From the NCBI GenBank assembly GCA_963664405.1, contig OY761158.1, forward strand, positions 992,001 to 1,056,000: a DNA stretch of 64,000 nt, in the 5' to 3' direction. The notes beneath the pieces were generated by a model. That model worked only from the letters and a program-made list of their open reading frames with translations. It was not told where the DNA came from and ran no database searches. This document shows, in pieces, positions 1 to 9,046 of the stretch (its first letter is position 1; every line of letters begins with the position of its first letter). This DNA comes from Thermoanaerobaculia bacterium. GTDB lineage: Bacteria; Acidobacteriota; Thermoanaerobaculia; Multivoradales; Multivoraceae. A program made the translations under genes and the position numbers.

Positions 1-46
1 GCGACGGCCACAGGAAGCCGGCAGTACCAACAGGCTGCTTCAGGGA

Positions 47-212
47 CTAGACCCGCGTTTCCAAAGTACGTGCTGCATAGCTCGAGGTCATTCTGTTCGC
101 TGGCTAGGCGCGCTGACGCAGGCATATTTGGAAATATGTCGAGGAGGCGAAACGACGCCAGCGGGCAGAAGGGCCCGAGATATGTGCGCGAACTTTGGAA
201 ACGCGGGTCTAG
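47..212. repeat. 166-bp MITE/REP-like long hairpin bounded by CTAG
   Basis: Perfect 21-bp terminal inverted repeat CTAGACCCGCGTTTCCAAAGT (47-67) / ACTTTGGAAACGCGGGTCTAG (192-212). Interior is also imperfectly self-complementary. Confidence 0.8.
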
Positions 213-222
213 GCGATCAGCC

Positions 223-252
223 TTGAGTAGACAACCGGCAAAGTGCTAGCAT
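223..252 (+). promoter_or_regulatory. possible sigma70 promoter of typA
   Basis: TTGAGT (223-228), 18-bp spacer, extended -10 TGCTAGCAT (244-252). Confidence 0.35.
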
Positions 253-357
253 CCTTTCTGCCTCTACATGCCACCCTCGGCCTACCGATCCCTACACAAA
301 ATCTCGCTTCTCTCGTCCCCTGTCGCTGACAGTCTCGCTTCTGCTGAAGAGCTCGCC

Positions 358-2205
358 ATGACCACAGCCATCGCTTCCCCACCCGTTGCCAACAAGCGTG
401 AAGATCTACGCAACGTAGCGATTATTGCCCACGTCGATCACGGCAAGACGACCTTGATCGATGCGCTGCTATGGCAGAGCGGCATCTTCGAAGCGCACGA
501 GTCGATCAACGAGCGGGTACTCGACTCGATCGACCTCGAGCGCGAACGCGGCATCACGATCATGGCCAAGAACACGGCCATCGACTATCGCGGCACCCGC
601 ATCAACATCGTCGACACTCCGGGCCACGCCGATTTCGGCGGCGAGGTCGAGCGCACCCTGAAGCTGGTGGACGGCGTGCTGTTACTGGTCGACGCCAGCG
701 AAGGTCCCCTCCCCCAGACCCGTTTCGTGCTCAAGAAGGCGATGGAATCCGGGCTGGTTCCAGTGCTCATCATCAACAAGATCGATCGCGCGGATGCCCG
801 CGCCAGCGAGGTCCTCGACGAAGTCTACGATCTGTTCATCGATCTAGGGGCGAGCGACGACCAGCTCGGTTTCCCCGTGCTCTACTGTAATGCCCGGGCC
901 GGGCTCTGCCGCCGCGAAGCCGACGGCGAAGACTTTCCTCTCTCAACCCTCCTCGACGAGATCCTCGAGACTGTGCCTGCACCGGTCTATGACCCGGACG
1001 CCCCGCTTCAGTTCTTGGTTACCAGCCTCGAATACGACGACTATGTCGGGCGTTTGCTGATCGGCCGCGTAGTCAATGGGTCGGTCGCCAAGGGACAACA
1101 AGCAGTGCTGTGTCGGCTCGACGGCAGCAGCGTGCAGGTCAAAGTCACCCGCCTCTACTCTCATCGAGGGCTCGAGCGCAATGAGGTGAGCGAGGTGGGT
1201 CCGGGCGAGATCGTCGCAATAGCCGGTGTCGACGAAGCAACGATCGGCGACACCCTTTGCGCCGTCGAGGACCCGCGGCCGCTGCCTGGAATCAGCATCG
1301 AAGAGCCGACGATGAGCATGCGCTTCTCGGTCAACAACTCTCCTTTCGCCGGTAGAGAGGGGCAGTATCTAACCTCGAGAAGGCTCCGTCAGCGCTTGCT
1401 GAAAGAGGCGCTCCACAACGTGGCGATAGAAGTCATCGAGACCTCTTCCACCGACTCGCTCGAAGTCGCCGGCAGAGGAGAGCTACAACTCGCGATTCTG
1501 GTGGAGACAATGCGTCGTGAGGGCTACGAGCTCGGGCTCGGCAAACCGCAGATCATGACCCGGACCGTTGATGGCGTACTCGTTGAGCCGGTCGAGATTC
1601 TTCTGGTCGACTGCCCTGAGGAGTTCGTCGGGAATGTCACCCGTCTCCTCGGACCCCGGAAAGGCCGCATGATCGAGATGGCCCACCAGGGCAGTGGGCG
1701 GGTCCGGCTCGAGTTCCGCGTACCTTCTAGAGGGCTTATCGGCCTGCGATCGCCGATGCTCGGCGAAACTAGAGGCACCGCCATTCTCCACCACATTCTC
1801 GACGGCAACGAGCCCTGGGCCGGCGAAATCCCACAGCGAGCGACAGGTGCCTTGGTAGCCGATCGTGCCGGCCGGGTCACCGCCTACGCCTGCGACCACC
1901 TCAAGCCGCGCGGCGTGCTCTTCACCCCGCCCGGATCCGAGGTCTATGCGGGCATGATTGTCGGCGAGCACTCGCGCCCGGGTGACCTCGATGTCAACAT
2001 CACCAAAGAGAAGAGGCTGACCAATATGCGGGCCGCCTCGTCCGACGACTTCGTCAAGATCTCGGGCATCAGAAGCATGAGCCTCGAGGATGCAATCGAG
2101 TTCCTTGCCGAGGACGAGGTCGTCGAGGTGACGCCAAAGGCCTTCCGCCTGCGCAAGCAGTCTCTTCGGGCCTCGGACCGGAAGAAGCTGACACCCACGG
2201 ACTGA
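358..2205 (+). CDS. typA: translational GTPase TypA/BipA
   Basis: [42 protein letters not shown] and C-terminal KRLTNMRA...EVTP motifs. Start may be 268 or 358. Confidence 0.95.
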   Translation: MTTAIASPPVANKREDLRNVAIIAHVDHGKTTLIDALLWQSGIFEAHESINERVLDSIDLERERGITIMAKNTAIDYRGTRINIVDTPGHADFGGEVERTLKLVDGVLLLVDASEGPLPQTRFVLKKAMESGLVPVLIINKIDRADARASEVLDEVYDLFIDLGASDDQLGFPVLYCNARAGLCRREADGEDFPLSTLLDEILETVPAPVYDPDAPLQFLVTSLEYDDYVGRLLIGRVVNGSVAKGQQAVLCRLDGSSVQVKVTRLYSHRGLERNEVSEVGPGEIVAIAGVDEATIGDTLCAVEDPRPLPGISIEEPTMSMRFSVNNSPFAGREGQYLTSRRLRQRLLKEALHNVAIEVIETSSTDSLEVAGRGELQLAILVETMRREGYELGLGKPQIMTRTVDGVLVEPVEILLVDCPEEFVGNVTRLLGPRKGRMIEMAHQGSGRVRLEFRVPSRGLIGLRSPMLGETRGTAILHHILDGNEPWAGEIPQRATGALVADRAGRVTAYACDHLKPRGVLFTPPGSEVYAGMIVGEHSRPGDLDVNITKEKRLTNMRAASSDDFVKISGIRSMSLEDAIEFLAEDEVVEVTPKAFRLRKQSLRASDRKKLTPTD

Positions 2206-2245
2206 AGTGGGCCGAGGCTCATTCGACAACGGCGAGGAGTAGAAG

Positions 2246-3238
2246 ATGAGCGAGACCTTCCGCGCAGTGGTCGCGGACAAAGTTGACGACAAGCACTGCG
2301 TCGCCATCCGCGATCTGTCTGTGAGCGACCTCCCGGAGCACGACGTCCTCGTCAACGTCGAGTATTCGACCCTCAACTACAAAGACGGCCTCGCCGTCTC
2401 CGGCGCGGCTCCCATCTGCCGTAGCCTCCCGATGGTATGCGGCATCGACCTGGCGGGAAGCGTGGCCGAATCGTCGTCCCCGGATTGGAGCCCAGGAGAC
2501 CGGGTACTGGTCAACGGCTACGGTCTCAGCGAGAGTCACTGGGGTGGTTACAACCAGAAGGCGCGTCTCGATCCGGGCTGGCTGGTCAGAGTCCCCGATC
2601 CCTTCACCGCCAAAGACGCCATGGCCATCGGTACCGCCGGATACACCGCGATGCTCTGCGTGATGGCACTGGAGGAGCACGGCTCGACGCCAGAGGGCGG
2701 GGACATTCTGGTCACCGGAGCCGCCGGAGGCGTCGGATCCGTCGCCGTCGCCCTGCTCGCAGGCCTCGGATATCGGGTCATCGCCTCGACCGGCCGAGCC
2801 GAGACCCATGACTACCTGGGAGAGCTCGGGGCCTCCGAGTTTCTCGACCGCGAAGAGCTCGCGGGCAAGCCGCGCGCCCTCGGCAAGGAACGCTGGGCGG
2901 GAGCGGTCGACGCCGTCGGCTCCACCACCCTGGCAAACGTCCTGGCGCAGACCCAATACGGAGGCTGCGTGGCCGCTTGCGGACTCGCCGGAGGTATGGA
3001 CCTACCCGCGACCGTCTATCCCTTCATCATCCGCGGTGTGACTCTCGCCGGCATCGACTCGGTGATGGCGCCGATGGCGCGCCGAGAGGAAGCTTGGCGG
3101 CGGCTGGCTCGGGACCTACCGATCGAGTCACTGCGCAAGATGACGCAGGTGGAACCGATGAGCGAGATCGAGAGCCTGGCGAAAAAGATTCTCGCCGGCG
3201 CAACTCGCGGACGAGTCGTCATCGACGTAGCCTCCTGA
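2246..3238 (+). CDS. acuI: MDR-family oxidoreductase, acrylyl-CoA reductase AcuI/YhdH-like
   Basis: YSTLNYKDGLA, AMAIGTAGYTAMLC, GAAGGVGS, PFIIRGVTLAGIDSV. Confidence 0.85.
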   Translation: MSETFRAVVADKVDDKHCVAIRDLSVSDLPEHDVLVNVEYSTLNYKDGLAVSGAAPICRSLPMVCGIDLAGSVAESSSPDWSPGDRVLVNGYGLSESHWGGYNQKARLDPGWLVRVPDPFTAKDAMAIGTAGYTAMLCVMALEEHGSTPEGGDILVTGAAGGVGSVAVALLAGLGYRVIASTGRAETHDYLGELGASEFLDREELAGKPRALGKERWAGAVDAVGSTTLANVLAQTQYGGCVAACGLAGGMDLPATVYPFIIRGVTLAGIDSVMAPMARREEAWRRLARDLPIESLRKMTQVEPMSEIESLAKKILAGATRGRVVIDVAS

Positions 3239-3291
3239 AGTGATTGCTATCACTTCCTCCGGCTACCATTACATGGCGCCGAGGACGGCGC
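3237..3291. repeat. bipartite intergenic repeat, copy 1 (palindrome + GCGCCGAGGACGGCGC hairpin)
   Basis: GAAGTGAT-TGCT-ATCACTTC palindrome, then the 16-mer at 3276-3291, identical to the copies at 25734 and 37466. Confidence 0.65.
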
Positions 3292-3359
3292 GTCCTGAAC
3301 TGGCGGCGCATCCAGACTCCTCGCGCAGGCTCCTGAGGGCTACACCGCTGAGAGTCTTC

Positions 3360-3677
3360 TCAGTTCTGCAGCGCCAGAGCGAAGTGTACGGCCTCGTCGA
3401 CGGCCGAGATCTTCTCTGGGCGCAGGAGGCAGATCGGGTCGTGGAGCGAGCTCTTCGAGATCGTCACCAGGCTGTCGAGATTCACCACGCACTCTCGCGG
3501 CAGGCCGTCCTCCGGCCCGAGAGGCACCTCGACCGGGATTTTTCGCACTCGCGTACTGAGAGGCGCTACAGTCACCAGCCTCCGCACCGAGTAAGCTTCG
3601 TTCCGAGACAGGAGCAGCACAGGACGTCGGCCTGCCTGGCCTCGAAGGTCGGCCCACCAAACCTCTCCACGTCTCAA
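3360..3677 (-). CDS. mazF: type II TA toxin, PemK/MazF family
   Basis: MRRGEVWWADL...RRPVLLLSRN...VTVAPLST...CVVNLDSLVTI. Confidence 0.85.
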   Translation of the reverse strand: MRRGEVWWADLRGQAGRRPVLLLSRNEAYSVRRLVTVAPLSTRVRKIPVEVPLGPEDGLPRECVVNLDSLVTISKSSLHDPICLLRPEKISAVDEAVHFALALQN

Positions 3678-3925
3678 TCCCAGTCGCTCCCCTCGAGGAT
3701 CGGCTGCGCCGCCTCGCTGGCGGCATGCGCTTCCTCTTCGGTCTCCGGCTCGGCCATGTAACCGGCGACGTAGGCCGCCAGCTGCAACTCCTCACGGGTC
3801 CGATCCACCAGGCCCTCGAGAGCTCGTCGCACCAGCTCGCTGCGCGACTCACCCTCGCGCCGGCACTCCCTCTCGGCCGTCTCCAGCACTTCGGGCGGAA
3901 GACTCACTGAGATCTTCGTTGCGAT
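3674..3925 (-). CDS. ribbon-helix-helix antitoxin (start uncertain)
   Basis: TKISVSLPPEVL...SRSELVRRAL RHH motif and acidic C-terminus. Stop overlaps the toxin start by 4 nt. Confidence 0.7.
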   Translation of the reverse strand: MATKISVSLPPEVLETAERECRREGESRSELVRRALEGLVDRTREELQLAAYVAGYMAEPETEEEAHAASEAAQPILEGSDWD

Positions 3926-4060
3926 GGCCCTTTTGGGGCCGACCCCACCAACAGACCAACTGGTTGGGAGCCGCCCACGACCCGGCAAGGTCGGCCGGTC
4001 GCCGTCTACTTCAATCTGACGGTGAAGTTCGACCTGCAATAGACTACTGCGCGGGGACAA

Positions 4061-6184
4061 TTGAGAGCTCGCGCCAACTCCGCAATCGTAGTGTCGAGCT
4101 GCCTCCTCGGCACCCTCTTCTTCGCAGCCTGCGCCAACGAGGCGCAGCGCATCGACCCCGAGCCGACTCTGATTCTGGATCTCGTCCGCGACGGAGAGCC
4201 CGAGGACCAAGAGATTCTCGCCTTGGATCTCGGCTCACCCGAATCTCGGGCGAGCCTCCTCTCGGGTTGGTCCGCCGATACGACTAGAGGAGGTAGGACC
4301 ATCGTCTGGGCCGAGGGCCGCGAGTCGGTGTTGGAGCTCACCCTCCCTCAACCCTCTCCGCTCGTGGTGAGATTCGTCGGCAGGGGTTACGGAAGGACAA
4401 GGGGTGCCAGCCGAATCGCGATCCTCCTGAATGACTCACCGGTCGGCGAGATCCTGCTCCACCGGCGATGGAGGGCGGTCCCTCACTATCTGAGGTTGCC
4501 GGCGTCGGCCACCACCGCGGGCACCAATCGCTTCCGTCTCGTCTACTCCGATCGCGCGTCGGGCGACGACAGACACGACGAACGTCGAAGGCGGATAGCC
4601 TGGGATCGCATCGATATCCTGAAAGCCACTCGCATCGAGCGGGTGGAAGAAGACGGGGAGATACGGCTGCCGGCGGGAGACAGCCTCAGTTCCACCGTCC
4701 TCGTGACCGGCTCCAGCGCGCTTCACATCGACGGAATGACTCTGCTCGGAGAGGCCAGCGGACTGCGCGTCGAGCGTCGGATCGACGGCCAGGCGTCTGA
4801 AGTCTTGACCGTCATCGCCGACCCCAACACTCAACCCGTCGAGCTGAGCTCGGACCCCGGTCTCGTGACCCTACGGCTGGTGGCGGAAGGGCCACCGGGC
4901 TCGTCAGTCGTGCTGAGAAATCCGCAGCTGCGAGGTTCCGGCCGCAGGTCGCGGCGCCCGAACCTCATCCTCTACGTGGTCGACACCCTGCGCGCGGATC
5001 ATCTCGGCTGCTACGGCTACCCGCACGCCACCTCGCCGAGACTGGATGCTCTGGCCAAGGACTACCTTCTCTTCGAGGACGCGGTGTCGCAGTCGTCCTG
5101 GACGCGACCTTCGGTCGCTTCGATCATGACCGGTCTGGACCCCAGAGCTCATCGCGCGGTCAACCGAGATGACGGCATCCCGCAAACCGCCACGACGCTG
5201 GCCGAGGAGCTCGGGCGCCTCGGCTACCGGACCGGAGCCGTCATCACCAACGGCAACGTTCACGGTCGCTTCGGTTTCTCCCAGGGCTTCGACGACTACA
5301 TGTATCTTGGCGAAGACGCCGGAACCGTCAACCTACACAAGACCGCGCACATGGTGCACGAGAGAGCCGAAGAATGGATTCGATCGCTGGCGCACGGCAA
5401 GCCGTTCTTCCTCTACATGCATACGACCGACCCGCATGACCCTTACACTCCGCTCTCCGATCCGGAAGCCTGGAACGAGGTCTCCGGCCTTCTCGCTCAA
5501 TCGGCGGAATCGGTCGGCGCAGAGGACATTGCCAAGCTCACCTCTCTCTATGACCTCGAGATCCGCCAGAACGACGAGGCCTTCGGGATGATCCTGGATC
5601 TTCTGGTCGACCTGGGCCAATGGGACGACACGATGGTGATCTTCACTTCGGATCACGGAGAAGAGTTCGGCGACCACGGCGGCTTCCGACACGGGCGCAC
5701 CCTCTTCGACGAGCAGATCCGCGTGCCGCTGGTCGTCAAGCCCGCCTCGCCTCCCGATCCGATCCGAGTCGCTGCGACGACGCGCCTTACCGACATCTTC
5801 CCTACCGTGCTGGAGGTTGTCGGCCTGGAGCCGGGTGCCGAAGTGGACGGCCGGAGCTGGCTTCCCTCCATAAGCCAAGGAGCTCCGCCAAGGCCCGCCT
5901 TCTCTCATCTGGAGCTCGACGGCCGCTCGGCCGAGAGCGTTGTGCTCGAAGAGTGGAAGCTGATTCGCACCCGCGAGGACGGCGGCTGGCGCACTCAGCT
6001 CTTCGATCGACGTCGGGACCCCGGCGAAGAGCAAGACCTGGCGGAGCAGGAGCGCGAACAGCTCCGCCGGATGGCAACTCTTCTGACAGCCCACAGCGAA
6101 GCCCAGATACCCATGTCAGGCACCAAGATCGAGATCGATGCAGCCCTCAAGAAGAGGCTCGAGGCCGCCGGTTATCTCAAATGA
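4061..6184 (+). CDS. sulfatase-like hydrolase (alkaline phosphatase superfamily), probable lipoprotein
   Basis: FAAC lipobox-like motif; PNLILYVVDTLRADHLGCYGY, WTRPSVASIMTG, DPHDPY, SDHGEEF. Confidence 0.85.
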   Translation: MRARANSAIVVSSCLLGTLFFAACANEAQRIDPEPTLILDLVRDGEPEDQEILALDLGSPESRASLLSGWSADTTRGGRTIVWAEGRESVLELTLPQPSPLVVRFVGRGYGRTRGASRIAILLNDSPVGEILLHRRWRAVPHYLRLPASATTAGTNRFRLVYSDRASGDDRHDERRRRIAWDRIDILKATRIERVEEDGEIRLPAGDSLSSTVLVTGSSALHIDGMTLLGEASGLRVERRIDGQASEVLTVIADPNTQPVELSSDPGLVTLRLVAEGPPGSSVVLRNPQLRGSGRRSRRPNLILYVVDTLRADHLGCYGYPHATSPRLDALAKDYLLFEDAVSQSSWTRPSVASIMTGLDPRAHRAVNRDDGIPQTATTLAEELGRLGYRTGAVITNGNVHGRFGFSQGFDDYMYLGEDAGTVNLHKTAHMVHERAEEWIRSLAHGKPFFLYMHTTDPHDPYTPLSDPEAWNEVSGLLAQSAESVGAEDIAKLTSLYDLEIRQNDEAFGMILDLLVDLGQWDDTMVIFTSDHGEEFGDHGGFRHGRTLFDEQIRVPLVVKPASPPDPIRVAATTRLTDIFPTVLEVVGLEPGAEVDGRSWLPSISQGAPPRPAFSHLELDGRSAESVVLEEWKLIRTREDGGWRTQLFDRRRDPGEEQDLAEQEREQLRRMATLLTAHSEAQIPMSGTKIEIDAALKKRLEAAGYLK

Positions 6185-6188
6185 CGTC

Positions 6189-6355
6189 CTAGTGTCCCGT
6201 GCGGGAAGTTCGTTGCCATTCGAGCGCCGATGCATCCCGCTGGGCGGCGTTGCTCCTCGTCGACAGAGTCCCAGCTATGCCTGCCTCGGAGCGCCTTGCC
6301 CAGCGGGCGCCTCGACGCTCTCGGTGGTCAACGAACTTCCCACACGGGACACTAG
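6189..6355. repeat. 167-bp MITE/REP-like long hairpin bounded by CTAG
   Basis: 26/27-bp terminal inverted repeat CTAGTGTCCCGTGYGGGAAGTTCGTTG. Reverse-complemented core matches the core of 47-212. Confidence 0.8.
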
Positions 6356-7140
6356 ACGTGGGACAGGTAGTCGGTCCTACCACCGTCGGCAAGTAGAAGC
6401 TGGCCGGTCATGAAGCCGGCTTGCGGCGAGGCAAGAAAAGCGATTACCGCCGCGATCTCCTCCGGCTCTCCCACACCGCGACCGAGAACCGAGTTTGCGT
6501 TCATCCGATCCGCAATCGCCTGGAACTGCTCTTCGCTTCGGCCTGCCGCGGTCATATCCGTCTTGGTGAAGCCGGGCAGGACAGCATTGACCGTTATTCC
6601 GTCGCTGCCGAGCTCGAACGCCATTCTCCGGGTGAGGGCGAGTACCGCCGCCTTCGTGGCCGCGTAAAGAGTCGTGCCCGCCAGCGCGGTGCCGATGCCC
6701 GCGTTCGAGGCAACATTGATGATCCGGCCCCAGCCCTTCTCGACCATCAGCGGCGCGGTGGCTTCGGCGCAGTGAAGAACGCCCTTTACATTGGTCTGCC
6801 ACATCGCGTCGAATTCGTCGTCGTCGTAGGCGAGGAGAGTGCCGCGATGCATGATCCCCGCATTGTTGACCAAGATGTCGACGGAGCCTAGATCCCGCAC
6901 CACCTGCTCGACCATCGCCGCCACCGCCGACCGCTCGCCGACATCGGCGCGATAGGCCTCAGCTCGCCCTCCACCTTCGACAATCGCGGCCACGACTTCC
7001 TCGGCGGCGTCCTCGCGGCTGCGGTAATTCACCGCCACCTCGGCACCAGCTGTCGCGAGATCGAAGCAAGCGGCGCGACCGATACCTCTCGAGCCCCCAG
7101 TTACCAGCGCGACTCGGCCCTCTAGATCTTTCTTTGTCAT
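6352..7140 (-). CDS. SDR-family oxidoreductase (FabG-like)
   Basis: TGGSRGIG, NNAG, YAATK. Confidence 0.9.
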   Translation of the reverse strand: MTKKDLEGRVALVTGGSRGIGRAACFDLATAGAEVAVNYRSREDAAEEVVAAIVEGGGRAEAYRADVGERSAVAAMVEQVVRDLGSVDILVNNAGIMHRGTLLAYDDDEFDAMWQTNVKGVLHCAEATAPLMVEKGWGRIINVASNAGIGTALAGTTLYAATKAAVLALTRRMAFELGSDGITVNAVLPGFTKTDMTAAGRSEEQFQAIADRMNANSVLGRGVGEPEEIAAVIAFLASPQAGFMTGQLLLADGGRTDYLSHV

Positions 7141-7152
7141 AAGAACCTCAGC

Positions 7153-7719
7153 TCAGTGTTGTGCTCGAACCAGATCGCCGGCGGCAAATGTTTTCTCGTC
7201 CACTAGGGCTGCCTCCTCCACCGGGACGCGAACCAGGAGGTCGTCAATGCGCGCGCATAGCTCCGCGTTGCAAGCCTGTCCATTGATGCGCGCCCAGGCC
7301 TCCTCACCCTCTCCCCGCTTCACCTTGGCCGCGAATCGGGAGGCACCCGAGAACCCCCACGTGAACCAGCGTATCTCGGGCTGTGATAGCTCTTCAGGAG
7401 GTGATTGGAACCAAGGCCCGTCGACCGCGAGGCCGCCAATGACTTCGATGCGAGTCGGAAGCTCGGTCTCAGGCTCGGCCTTTCCCGTCCACGCCCGGGC
7501 CCGCTCTACGTTGTCGAGGGCATAGCTGTGCCAGCCCGCGGCATGCTCCGCCTCGATCACCACATGGGAGGAGTCCACACGCGCACGGTAGGTCACCACC
7601 GCCTGATCTCGATAGCGCACTTCAGCAGCCTCTCCCCACTCCGCGGAGGGATGCTCAGCCGCGATCGCGAGAGCTGGGACCAAGGCGAGAGTCGGCACCC
7701 ATCGCAGCCCGTTGCTCAT
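7153..7719 (-). CDS. secreted DsbD N-terminal (alpha) domain-like protein
   Basis: Signal peptide; GWHSY..., LPTRIEV and GQACNAELC Cys pair resembling the DsbD-alpha domain. ATG overlaps the TGA of the upstream gene. Confidence 0.55.
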   Translation of the reverse strand: MSNGLRWVPTLALVPALAIAAEHPSAEWGEAAEVRYRDQAVVTYRARVDSSHVVIEAEHAAGWHSYALDNVERARAWTGKAEPETELPTRIEVIGGLAVDGPWFQSPPEELSQPEIRWFTWGFSGASRFAAKVKRGEGEEAWARINGQACNAELCARIDDLLVRVPVEEAALVDEKTFAAGDLVRAQH

Positions 7720-9035
7720 CGAGCTGCCCCGCTGAGCGCACCCGGCTTGGTTGCCAGCTTGCGGAAATTCTGGCGCCCACTTCGCAGCGGCATCTCGACC
7801 CGCTCGCCCTGACGAAGGACACCCAAGGTCGAGGCGGCGCCGGCCACCGTCTCGAGCTTCAGATGTCTCTCACAGCTGGTGGTCCAAGGACTGATCTCGA
7901 CACCGTTCACGGCATAGATGATATCTCCGGTCTCGAGCTGCTGATGGTCAAGAGCTCGCGCCCTCGGCTCGATGAAGGTGATCTCGCAAGCGAAGCCCTC
8001 CGGCGGCAGTCCGAGGCGCCGTTTGGTCTCTCCATCGAGCCTCTTGGAAGAGAAATAGAGCTGTGGCTCGATCGTCCAATAGCGAAAGAAGAGGTCGGTC
8101 GCCCACCACTCACGAGGTAGGTCGATCTCCAGAGCGACCGCGGTACCGGCTCGGTCGATGCCCAACCGGATCGCGGTCCTGTCGCGCTCGACCTTGTCGA
8201 AGCGGTACTGCAGATCGCCGAAGGTCAGGACCTTCGTTCCCTCGAGCTCGGTGAGGACGTCTCCGGGCAGAATCCCACCTTCGGCCGCCGCCCCCTCCAC
8301 CTCCGCAACCCTGAGCCCACGCGAAAGGTCCAGCGTCAATCCCAGGACCGCGATGTCTGGAGAGCGATACATCTGCCTCACCCTGACCGCACTTCCAGCG
8401 AGCTCGCGCTCCTGCAGCTCGTAGTCGGCGATCAGATGGCACTCGACACAGCGCCCGCCGTCGATCACCTTCGCTCGGAGGCTCGGGATCTGGTCGGGAA
8501 AATAGGGCTCGGGTCGGGGCGACGCCGGCAACGCGCCCTGCTGGTAGAGGCGATGCTGCTCGAGACCTCGAGAGAGCGCTATTTCCAAGCTCTCGAGGCT
8601 GAGACGGCTGGTCGGAGACTCCGCCGTACGCCCGCCATAGCGAAAGTAGATCTGCTCGTCTGCGTTGAGCGCAAAATAGTAGAGAGTATTGTGACGGTCG
8701 TAATCGAAAAGACCGAGATCGATCCCGTCCATCCGAGTGATGCGTACCAGGACATACTCACTGAGGAGTCGCCCCCTCGGCGAAGACTTCGGCGACAACA
8801 CAACCTGTGCGTCAAACTTGCGGCCGGCGATTCAGGGCGAGCAGCGGAACTCGAGAAAGATCGGGCGGCCGCTGCGCCGCGCTTCCGCAAGGGCAAGATC
8901 GTAGTCGTCGAGCCACTCGACCATGCCGTCGTCACCCCCCGCGCCAGGCTGCGGCGCCGGCTGCGCGGAGGTCTCGAGCCCGGCCGTGGTAGCGAGCGCG
9001 AAGGGGATCAAAGCAAACGCAGGGTGCATCCTCAT
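7716..9035 (-). CDS. secreted thioredoxin-like/PDZ domain selenoprotein (CxxU, CxxCH), ~439 aa with UGA read-through at 8832-8834
   Basis: ORFs 8832..9404 and 7716..8801 are in the same frame and separated only by TGA: WLDDYDLALAEARRSGRPIFLEFRCSP-U-IAGRKFDAQV. ATG at 9035 with GGAG RBS and signal peptide; CVECH motif; PDZ-like GSAA/GGILPGDVL segments. Confidence 0.8.
8794..8813 (-). promoter_or_regulatory. candidate bacterial SECIS hairpin
   Basis: GACGCAC-AGGUU-GUGU(U)GUC stem-loop at +19 to +38 after the UGA, with a G-containing apical loop. Confidence 0.45.
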
Positions 9036-9046
9036 AGCTCCGCAGC

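Noticed and set aside
99-165. Hammerhead ribozyme in the first hairpin (CTGA...GAAA)
   Set aside because: The core reads CUGACGC, not CUGANGA, the stem is followed by GAGGAG rather than GAAA, and neither motif is kept in the second copy.
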